DNA of 64,000 bases from an uncultured bacterium (GTDB lineage Bacteria > Chloroflexota > UBA5177 > JANWHV01): NCBI GenBank assembly GCA_963827235.1, contig CAWHAE010000012.1, positions 1,088,001-1,152,000 of the forward strand, given 5' to 3'. Numbering within the stretch: position 1 is the first letter of the stretch; every line of letters starts with the position of its first letter. The notes under the pieces were generated by a model, which searched no databases, was not told where the DNA came from, and saw only the letters and a program-made list of their open reading frames with translations. Below, piece by piece: positions 39,919 through 47,945 of the stretch. Position numbers and translations under genes: made by a program.

Positions 39919-40296
39919 GTTTGGTCTCTCTCGCCATGGTGTGCCCCCTCCGGGCAGGTCGGGCTGCGCCCCAGGGCTTGCCGGGGTGCGCAGAACCTGC
40001 TGGAGACGGACAGGACACTCGCTCGCTTGCTCAGCGGTGTGTACGTGCAGGGTACATCCGGCCGGCATTAGCCGCGCCCGCCTCTTGCCGTACTCTCGTA
40101 CTTTTCTTAGCGAGCACTTAACTGATTGTCATTTGGCGACCATCATGAGCGCGCATACTGCAGTCAAGATGCTCGACGGGTAGTGCGAGATGCCTGCGAG
40201 GTCACGTGCGGCGTCCGGTTGCTTCAGCCAGGCGCGCGCCACCGGCCCGAGGCGCGACCCGCGGGCGACGACAAGCCGAAGATTCGAGGAGAAGCG

Positions 40297-40626
40297 ATGC
40301 TACCTGCCGCAGCCCACCCTATTGATTCGACCAGAGTTCTGCCGACTGCAGCGCGAGCGTTGCCGGGCGCAAACCACCGCAGGCTGATCGCCGGGGTGGC
40401 CTGTCTGGTGGTGGCCGGCGGCCTGTCGTTCTGGGGCGGCACTACCTACCAGCACAACGTCGATCAGCCCCTGATCACGCAGTATTCGCCCGCATCGTCT
40501 GGGAGCCTGGTGGTGCCGGTCGCCGCCGGTACCGCCAGTGCCAAGAGCTCCTCGCAGTCCGGTACTTCAGGCGCTCCCAGCACGTCCGGTTCCTCCGGCA
40601 CTTCCGGCGCGCCGGCTGCACCGTAG
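40297..40626 (+). CDS. Small single-TM protein with Ser/Gly-rich tail
   Basis: GAGGAG RBS; LIAGVACLVVAGGLSFWGG; SGTSGAP repeats. Confidence 0.65.
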   Translation: MLPAAAHPIDSTRVLPTAARALPGANHRRLIAGVACLVVAGGLSFWGGTTYQHNVDQPLITQYSPASSGSLVVPVAAGTASAKSSSQSGTSGAPSTSGSSGTSGAPAAP

Positions 40627-40843
40627 CTGCGGCGCGATCGGATAGCCCGGCGGTCATTTGCCGCCGTACGAGAGAAGCAGAGCTCGGCCGGATCGAGCGA
40701 CACGGCCCGGCCGGGCATGTGCCTGCCACGCCCTATCGAAACGGCTGGCGTCGATAGCGGGCTGATCCGCTGGTTCTTGGATTATGTAGAGTAGAAACCC
40801 CGTGGCATCCGGTGCGTAAAGCCTGTGCTCATCGCTCCGGTCA

Positions 40844-41015
40844 GTGCGTTCCAGGCGGTGCTCCCTCCGGGCTGCCTTCCCAATTCCGCGAGCCTCCTGG
40901 GCTGCTTCACCGGCGCACGTCGCACGCCGCCTCTTCGGCGCTGAATCCCCGCACGTAGCAGCCGAACGCCCCGGCCGCCAGGCTGCGGAGCGGAGCGCGG
41001 TGCCAGGGAACGCAC
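40844..41015. ncRNA. Candidate structured RNA (long irregular hairpin), identity unknown
   Basis: Nested complementary segments gtgcgttcc/ggaacgcac, gtgctcc/ggagcgc, ctccg/cggag, ggctgct/agcagcc in a 500-bp intergenic gap. Confidence 0.3.
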
Positions 41016-41160
41016 GTCGTGAATCAGGCCAGGGTGTGCCGTGTCCCGTGCAGCGAACCGCTTCGCGTGCCGCTGCCGTATACTGCTTGCAAAGCCACCA
41101 TTACGGTGGAGGGCAGCCCGTCATCGGAAAGTGACACACCCGTGCTGAGACTTGCCCGTT

Positions 41161-42600
41161 ATGTCCGCTCCCGACGGTAGCCGAATGTCCGGCGCCGCGC
41201 AGGCCACGCCCATATTCGCCGCTCCCCTGCTGCGACTCAGCTCCAACGCTATGCGCCTGGAGCTCAACGTCACCGCGCCGCTCCTGCGCATGACGCGTCC
41301 CGACATCATGGCCGTGGTCAGGACCGAATGCGCCCAGCTCGGTATCGTGATCGAACCCACGTTCGAACAGCTCTCCACCTGCCTGATGGCGGCCCAGCTC
41401 GATCATTGGGCGGTATTGCTCGTGGGCACCGACCCGGTCGCGTCAATCGATAGCTACGTGGAGCTGCTGGTCAAGGTCGCCGTGAGCACGGCTATCACGA
41501 CGGGCCGGGTAGCGGTGCGCGCCGGTACCCCGTTGGCTCGGCTGCATCCGGGCGTACCGGGCACGCCTGGCAGCACGCTCACTGGAACCATGCTGCCCGT
41601 GCGGCCGCCGAAATCGGCACGGCTTCCGCACGGCGCAAATACCAGCATCGAAGCCGACGGCTGCACGCTGTTGGCGAGCTGCGACGGCGAGGTCGTGCTG
41701 CGCGGTCTGCACATCGAGGTTGTTCCCATGCAGGTATACGACGGCGACCTTCCGCCCGGCAGCAGCGTGAGCAGCGAGCTGCCTATCTTCATCGGCGGAT
41801 CGGTCACTGAGGGCTGCATGATTGATGCCACCGAGGAGATCTTCGTCCAGGGCGACGTGATTGAATCACAGCTGCGCAGCCGCGCTTCTCGTGTCACGGT
41901 CCTGGGCGCCGTGAGCGGCTCCGCGCAGCACTTCTGCCAGATCGAAGCGAAAACCGAGATCGCCATCCACCATGCCCGCCTGGCTCGCTTCATAGCCGGC
42001 AGTCACATACAGCTTCAGAGCACGGCCTGGCAGTGTTCGATCGAGACGCAGGGCAATCTCTACCTGCAGCAGAGCATAGAGGAGAGCTTGCAGAACACGC
42101 GGGCAACCGTCGACGGCGCCGTCGTGCCGCTGATCGAGTCACGCCCCTACACGCGCGAGCCCGTGTTCGACCGCCAGCACGTGCGCGCCCCGTGTACGGT
42201 GCCTGCTTCCGTGGCCCTGCACGACCCCACCGGCCGCATCACCTTCCACCGCTGCGTGATCCTGGACATCAGTGCGGGTGGCGCCCGCTGCTGGCTGCAG
42301 GACGACGAGTTTCGTCCCGCACGCGGCGCCGTGCTGCAGCTCAAGGCCACGCTGCCGGAGAGCTCGTACCAACTGCTCGCCCTCGCCCGCGTCGTGTGGG
42401 TCTACCGGGCGACGACGATCGGCCTGTGCTTCCTGCAGATCTCTCAAGACACCCAGGAGCGCCTGACCATGTTCTGCTTGCGTGCCCTCCGCGTCCTGCC
42501 GAGCACGCAGGTCGCCACCCGGGAGCAGCGCGGATCCGGGCACCACAACCGCAAGCCGCGGGAGCCGGGACAGGGACGGTCCGACACACCCGCTGAGTAG
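41161..42600 (+). CDS. FapA/DUF342-like protein fused to a C-terminal PilZ domain
   Basis: VRAGTPLARLHPGVPGTPGSTLTG...LPHGANT...LLASCDG and IGGSVTEG...IFVQGDV (DUF342 pattern); RQHVR and DISAGG (PilZ); start uncertain. Confidence 0.8.
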   Translation: MSAPDGSRMSGAAQATPIFAAPLLRLSSNAMRLELNVTAPLLRMTRPDIMAVVRTECAQLGIVIEPTFEQLSTCLMAAQLDHWAVLLVGTDPVASIDSYVELLVKVAVSTAITTGRVAVRAGTPLARLHPGVPGTPGSTLTGTMLPVRPPKSARLPHGANTSIEADGCTLLASCDGEVVLRGLHIEVVPMQVYDGDLPPGSSVSSELPIFIGGSVTEGCMIDATEEIFVQGDVIESQLRSRASRVTVLGAVSGSAQHFCQIEAKTEIAIHHARLARFIAGSHIQLQSTAWQCSIETQGNLYLQQSIEESLQNTRATVDGAVVPLIESRPYTREPVFDRQHVRAPCTVPASVALHDPTGRITFHRCVILDISAGGARCWLQDDEFRPARGAVLQLKATLPESSYQLLALARVVWVYRATTIGLCFLQISQDTQERLTMFCLRALRVLPSTQVATREQRGSGHHNRKPREPGQGRSDTPAE

Positions 42601-42634
42601 GCGAGCCGGCGCGTGACCGCCGGCGCGCAGGCAC

Positions 42635-44286
42635 TCAGCCCTTCCACCACTCCCAGGTATTCCAGAGCTCGTAGCTGAACGGGCCGGGCGCGTAGTTGTG
42701 CAGCGTGTCCCGATACTCGGAAGGCGTGTTCTGCCCGTAGAGCCAGAGCGCCGGCAGGTCCTGATTCATGATCCGCTGCATCTGAGCGAAGACGGCTTTG
42801 CGCTTGGCGGGATCGAGCGTGGACTCCTCGGCGGCGATCAGCTTGTCGTAGGCGGGGTTGGAGTAGTGGCCGAAGTTGTCGCCCTTGGGCCCGAACTGGT
42901 TGCTGCCGAAGAAGGGCGCGATCGTGTTGTCAGGATCGTAGACCATGCCGTTCTCCCACTCGCCCAGGTCGAACTTGGCGTTGGGAAAGATGCTGCCGAA
43001 CAGCGTGGAGCCCGGGTAATTGACCAGAATGAGCTCGATACCGATCTGCTTGTAGCTCTGGAGGGCAATCGCCTCGTCCTGGGCGCGCCATTGGTTGTTC
43101 GAGGTCGTGGACCAGCGCAGGCTGAGGGTCTGCCCGTTCTTGTGACGGTAGCCATCCGATCCGAGCTTCCAGCCGGCCTGCGTCGAGCAGGCTCCTGGCC
43201 TTCGCCGGATCGTAGGGATACGGCTTGCACGGACGGATCATACGAGAATGAGGCGGATACCTGATCGGAGGCAATAAGCTGCGCTGCTCCGTGCCAGACG
43301 TCCTTGACCATGGCCGGGCGATCCAGCCCGTATTCCAGGGCCTGCCGCACGCGGACGTCGCGCAGGATGGGGTTCTCGAAGTTGACCACCGCCTGCTCGT
43401 AGTTGGGCGCCGGGGCGGCCAAGAACGTGTAGCCGCTGATGCTCCTCAGCACGTTGACCTGCGAGATGTCGAGAAACCACGCGGCATCGATCTCGTGCGC
43501 CCTGAGAGCGTTGGTGATGGACGTCTGCTCGGGGATGATGCGGAAGATCAACTGGTCCAGATAGGGGCGGCCGGCCATGTAGAAGTGCGGATTGCGCTTC
43601 TCCACGATATCGGCGCCAGCGTGGCGGGAGGCAATGACGAAGGGGCCGCTGCCCACCGTCGGCTGAAAGAGGAACTTGCTGGTGTTGATCTGCTTGCCGG
43701 TCAGGTCCTTGAGCGCGTGCTGCGGCACCGGCATCACCTGGTCGACCCAGATGGAGAGGAAGGGTACGTAGACCTGCTTGAGGTGGAAGGTGATCTTCAG
43801 GTGATCGGCCGAGACGTCGGCGCTCTTGATGTCGTCGAAGCCGACCCGGCTGTTGACGATCACGTCGGGTGAGGTCCACAGACGCCACGAGAAGTCCACG
43901 TCGCGCGCGTCCAGCGGCTGTCCATCGGACCATTCGAGGGCGGGCCGCAGTGTGAAGGTATAGGTGAGCCCGTCCTTGGAGATGCCGCCGTTGGCCAGGG
44001 TGGGCACGGTGGCGGCCAGCCCGGCATGCAGCTTGCCCGCACCGTCCGTGTAGAAGAGAGGCGAAAACAGGGTCTCCTGCACGCCGATGCTGAACGCGGT
44101 CACCCCCGTGTTGGGCAGGAGTGCCGTTGGCTCTTCGTAGAGCCCGTCGATGACCGTGCCGCCCGATACCGGCGTGACCGCCGCCCGCGACGCACGGACC
44201 TGGCCTGAGTTACCCGCGAACAAGCTTCCACCCAGAGGAAGGATCACGATGAGAGCCGCGGCGGCGGCCCGGCGAATTCTGACCAT
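42635..44286 (-). CDS. Peptide ABC transporter substrate-binding protein (family 5), with two close single-base frameshifts (about 43228 and 43180)
   Basis: GISKDGLTYTFTLR...WSDGQP, VGSGPF, DVRVRQAL; removing two bases restores KPYPYDPAKARSLLD.AGWKLGSDG and joins the C-terminus ...WNTWEWWKG. Confidence 0.88.
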
Positions 44287-44451
44287 GGTAGCCCACCTTT
44301 CTCGCGATACATATACATTAATCCGGTCGGGTAAGTCAAGTTAACCTGCCGGTTGAATCCGGCTCGGGCCTATGGCGCGGCGACGTGTAGGCATCGCCGC
44401 CATGCCATTACCATATGTAGAGGATGCTTAACGAGACCGGGAGGGCTGGTG

Positions 44452-44913
44452 ATGCAGGAACAGGTGCTGGAGACGTGGGCGATCCACAATCGGATCAATC
44501 TCTTCATGCTCGACGCCGTCGCTCCCGAGGCTCTTGGGGCGCCCGTGGCGCGGGGCCGCACGGTGGGCGAGCAATTCGCGCACATGCACAACGTTCGCGT
44601 GATGTGGCTGGAGACGTCGGCACCCGACCTGGTCGAAGGCCTGACCAAGGTCGACAAGGCGGACGCCGCCGATCGCGACGCGCTGCGCAAGGCCCTGGAC
44701 GGCTCCGGCCGCGCCATCGGCCGGCTCCTCGAGCAGTCCCTGCAGTCGGGGGGTAAGGTAAAGGGCTTCAAGCCGCATGCCATCGCCTTCCTGGCCTATC
44801 TGATCTCTCACGATTCCTACCATCGAGCGGAGATTGGCCTCATTCTCGCACAAATCGGCTTTCCGCTGGAGCGGTCGTCGTCCTACGGCCTGTGGGAGTG
44901 GGGGACGCGCTGA
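44452..44913 (+). CDS. DinB-family protein
   Basis: GRTVGEQFAHMHNVR...LISHDSYHRAEI; GGGAGG RBS. Confidence 0.9.
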   Translation: MQEQVLETWAIHNRINLFMLDAVAPEALGAPVARGRTVGEQFAHMHNVRVMWLETSAPDLVEGLTKVDKADAADRDALRKALDGSGRAIGRLLEQSLQSGGKVKGFKPHAIAFLAYLISHDSYHRAEIGLILAQIGFPLERSSSYGLWEWGTR

Positions 44914-45109
44914 CCGCTCGGCCGTCACATGGTCAACGGCCCACACCATATCCATCGTCAATACCTCGCGCGACGTCCGTGCCGGCAGCGCCATTGCGGT
45001 GGGCCGGAATACGATTGGTGAGGATTCGTCATGCTCTCGGGAGATAAGCGGCCGCGCGTGCGCTATGATCAGCGTGAGGAGTCAGTCGAGCCCTGGGAGG
45101 AGTCATGCC

Positions 45110-45541
45110 ATGGCAGTCGACCCCACGATCGTGCTCAAGAACGGTAAGTACATCAGCCTCACGACGTACCGGCGAAGCGGCGTGGCGGTGTCCACGCCGG
45201 TATGGTTCATACTCGAAGACGGCCACCTGCTGGCATGGACGGGAGCGAAGACGGGCAAAGCGAAGCGAATCCGCAACAACCCTCGGGTCAGCGTGGCACC
45301 CAGTACCGCCAGGGGCAAGGTGACCGGCCCTACCTGGCAGGCCACGGCCACGATCCTGCCCCCGGGCAGCGAGAAGCGGCTCGAGCGGCTGCTGGCGCGC
45401 AAATACCGCGTGGTGATGCCGATCATCAAGTCCCTCAACGCAGTGCAGCGTCTGATTCGTCGTCGCCCGCGGGAAGCCTCGATCTGCCTGCAGATCGACT
45501 TCGACGCGGCCGGCCGGCCCGGCGCCGAGCAGGACTCGTAG
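45110..45541 (+). CDS. PPOX-class F420-dependent oxidoreductase (Rv2061-like)
   Basis: YISLTTYRRSGVAVSTPVW...GKAKRIRNNPRV. Confidence 0.92.
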   Translation: MAVDPTIVLKNGKYISLTTYRRSGVAVSTPVWFILEDGHLLAWTGAKTGKAKRIRNNPRVSVAPSTARGKVTGPTWQATATILPPGSEKRLERLLARKYRVVMPIIKSLNAVQRLIRRRPREASICLQIDFDAAGRPGAEQDS

Positions 45542-45638
45542 CGACGCTCTCCCGGCCAGTCCACTGGCCTGCCAACCGGGGATCCCGGACCGAGCGCTCG
45601 TTTCGGGCCGGCAGCGCCCCGGCGGGGCGGTGCCGCGC

Positions 45639-46892
45639 TCATATCGATGCGTCGTCCTTGCGCGACCACGTCGTACCGTCGGGCGTGTCGGCGATCACGT
45701 AGCCGAGATCCGACAGCGTGTCGCGCAACTCGTCCGCCGCGTCCCACTGCCGGCCCCGGCGCAGGGCCGCGCGCGCGACGACCAGGGCATCGACCAGCAG
45801 CCGTGACTCCCGGCGTCTTGCCGCGCCGAGCTGCTCGGCGCGCGCCAGGCGAGGCAGCATCGTTTGGAGTGCCTGCACCGCCAGCTCGGCGCGGCCGGGC
45901 AGCGATTGCTCGAGCCCGGCGCCGGCCACCAGGCTGAGCGCGACCAGTCCATCGAGCCCGGCGGAGACGTCCCCCTCGGCCAGGGCGGCCTCGACCCGGC
46001 CGCGCAGCAGACCGATGTCGGAATCGCGCGGCTGCGCATCGTCTTCGAGGGGCTCAGCAGTCTCGGCCGCCGGCTTGGCCGCGTGCCCGGCGCCGGCGGG
46101 CACGGGATTGTCGAAGGCGATGCGGTCGCCGCGCGCGTAGACGACCTCCCGGCCCTCCCGGCGCATGGTCACCGTGCCGGCGCCGAGCACCTCGCCGGTG
46201 AGCTCGGGTCCGACATGGAGGCAGGTGTACTCGTCGAGGCCGAGCACCAGGTCGCCGGCGTCCAGCATCCGCTCGAGCACGGCGAACCGGGCCCCGCCCA
46301 TGAAGCAGAAGCGCGTGTCGTAGCCGTCGCCGCTGGCGTTGTTCCAGTGCGGCACGACCGCCGCGCGCACCCCGATCGTGCCCAGCAGGTCCAACCCGGC
46401 AATCCAGCCGGGATCGATCCCGGCCTTGAAGATCTCGTAGACGGGGATCGTCTGCCTCCCGGCGGCTACGGCGGCGGCGCTGGCGAAGACGACCATGGCA
46501 CCGGCGCGCCAGCGCGCGGCCACTGCCTGCCAGACGGGACTTCCCTGCAGCACCTTCACGCCGTAGCTGGGGCTGCCCGGGCCCGCCAGGATATAGTTGG
46601 ACTGCCCGATGGCGCTGACCGCGGCGGCGATCTCGCCGGCGCTCTCCCGTCCGCTGCGGAAGCGGGCAAGGGCCGGGTCGAGCGCGAAGTTCCGCCTGAA
46701 GTACTCGATCGCCTTGCGGTCGATGGCGTCGATATTCGACTCGAAGCCGGCAAAGGTGTCGAGAAACAGCGGTCGAGCCGGCTCGCCGAGGCGCCCCATG
46801 AGCGTGCGGTGGACCTCTGCCGAGGCGTCCGCCAGCTCACCCGATCCAATCAGCGCCAGGCCGCCGTGCTTGCTGAGAGGCACCCCGCTCAT
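45639..46892 (-). CDS. Peptidase S51/cyanophycinase-like (class I GATase fold) protein with CysRS-like C-terminal helical domain
   Basis: LALIGSGE, AGPGSPSY, FASAAA nucleophile elbow, VVPHWNN, GLDEYT; C-terminal RAALRRGRQWDAADELRDTLSDLGYVIADTPDGTTW. Confidence 0.85.
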   Translation of the reverse strand: MSGVPLSKHGGLALIGSGELADASAEVHRTLMGRLGEPARPLFLDTFAGFESNIDAIDRKAIEYFRRNFALDPALARFRSGRESAGEIAAAVSAIGQSNYILAGPGSPSYGVKVLQGSPVWQAVAARWRAGAMVVFASAAAVAAGRQTIPVYEIFKAGIDPGWIAGLDLLGTIGVRAAVVPHWNNASGDGYDTRFCFMGGARFAVLERMLDAGDLVLGLDEYTCLHVGPELTGEVLGAGTVTMRREGREVVYARGDRIAFDNPVPAGAGHAAKPAAETAEPLEDDAQPRDSDIGLLRGRVEAALAEGDVSAGLDGLVALSLVAGAGLEQSLPGRAELAVQALQTMLPRLARAEQLGAARRRESRLLVDALVVARAALRRGRQWDAADELRDTLSDLGYVIADTPDGTTWSRKDDASI

Positions 46893-46938
46893 CCGGACTC
46901 CCCACCGATGCGCGCCATGTGCGCCTACTTCCATGCTC

Positions 46939-47337
46939 TCACCTAACACCGGAGGTTACAAGCGCGTGGACTGTCGCGTCTGCGCGTTCGGCGTGCACAG
47001 AGCCACCCTCATCCAACCAGAACTGCAGCATCTTATCGAGCCGGCAACAGTCGGCGTAGGGCGGCGCAAGTGGCTGGGGCATGTCGGGCGGCGGGGCCGA
47101 CCATTTCGTTTCGCAGTTTCCCATGTTGTCCGTGTGCGCGCAGGTGCCGGCAGCAGCGAGGCCGGCAGGAGCGTTACCGGTGGCAACGGGGCAGGACGCG
47201 GCCGCATCGGAGCCGGCGCCCTCCGCACACAGAGCGGCAACCGGCGGGGCCGACCATTTCGTTTCGCAGTTTTGCATGTTGTCTGCGTGTGCGCAGGCGC
47301 CGGTGCTGAGCAGGCCGCGGAGGAGCGTGCCGGGCAT
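46939..47337 (-). CDS. Hypothetical repeat-containing ORF (frame and start uncertain)
   Basis: CAHxDNMxNCETKWSAPP occurs twice; lies directly downstream of a promoter and LexA box. Confidence 0.35.
   Translation of the reverse strand: MPGTLLRGLLSTGACAHADNMQNCETKWSAPPVAALCAEGAGSDAAASCPVATGNAPAGLAAAGTCAHTDNMGNCETKWSAPPPDMPQPLAPPYADCCRLDKMLQFWLDEGGSVHAERADATVHALVTSGVR
47089..47303. repeat. 62-bp imperfect direct repeat x2 (47089-47150 and 47242-47303)
   Basis: Shared core cggcggggccgaccatttcgtttcgcagttt..catgttgtc. Confidence 0.9.
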
Positions 47338-47367
47338 GGACCCACCCCACTTTCGTATTGCATAGGG

Positions 47368-47418
47368 AGAACAGGTGTTCTAGCATATCCATCGTAGCAC
47401 GGGAATTCGCGAGGTCAA
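47368..47418 (-). promoter_or_regulatory. Sigma70-type promoter with a LexA (SOS) box just downstream
   Basis: -35 TTGACC (47418-47413), 16-bp spacer, TGn-TACGAT -10 (47396-47391); AGAAC-AGGT-GTTCT palindrome at 47368-47381. Confidence 0.7.
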
Positions 47419-47610
47419 GGAAGACATCGGGCGGGTTAGGAGCCTCCAGCTGCGGCAAGATGGCAGGGGACGGGGGACTGCGGTCCCAGGTGGACGGAGG
47501 ACGGTAGCCTCCGACTGGGATCGGATGGTGTCGTGTAGGGACGGGGCCGGCTGCGGCCGGATGGTGCGTGGGATACCACGACTCGTGCCTGGAGGGATTT
47601 GGGCGACGGG

Positions 47611-47765
47611 ATGAGGCTCCCCGGGCTGAAGCGGCGGGGCTTCAGGGGTCGCACGATCTCTGTGGTGCATCCGGCATCTGTGGCACAGGTTTCAGTGGGC
47701 GAAAGCGGGTTAAAACCCGCCACTTGGCGAGGAAATGAGGCTCCCCGTGCTAAAGCACTGCGCAT
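47611..47765. repeat. Cluster of REP-like palindromes
   Basis: atgaggctccccgKgctRaagc at 47611 and 47735; hairpin gcgggttaaaacccgc at 47705-47720. Confidence 0.55.
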
Positions 47766-47945
47766 CAGGTCCGAGGCCCCTCTCCCGGATGCTCCACTTA
47801 GCGGATGAGGAAGGCAAGATGTCGCTGCCGGAGGTGGACGCCGTGAGAGCCTGTGTGCGGCGAATCTCCGCCGATTGGCCAACTCCATGGCAACCAGGAC
47901 GTCGGCATCGATCATGGGAGCCACGGCGTGCGGCCTCCTCCTGCT

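Noticed and set aside
40775-40795. TTATGTAGAGT as a XerD-like arm of a second dif site
   Set aside because: There is no matching left arm at the 6-bp spacing.
47089-47303. Direct repeats as a CRISPR array
   Set aside because: Only two copies, 62 bp long with a 91-bp spacer, and no cas genes in the window.
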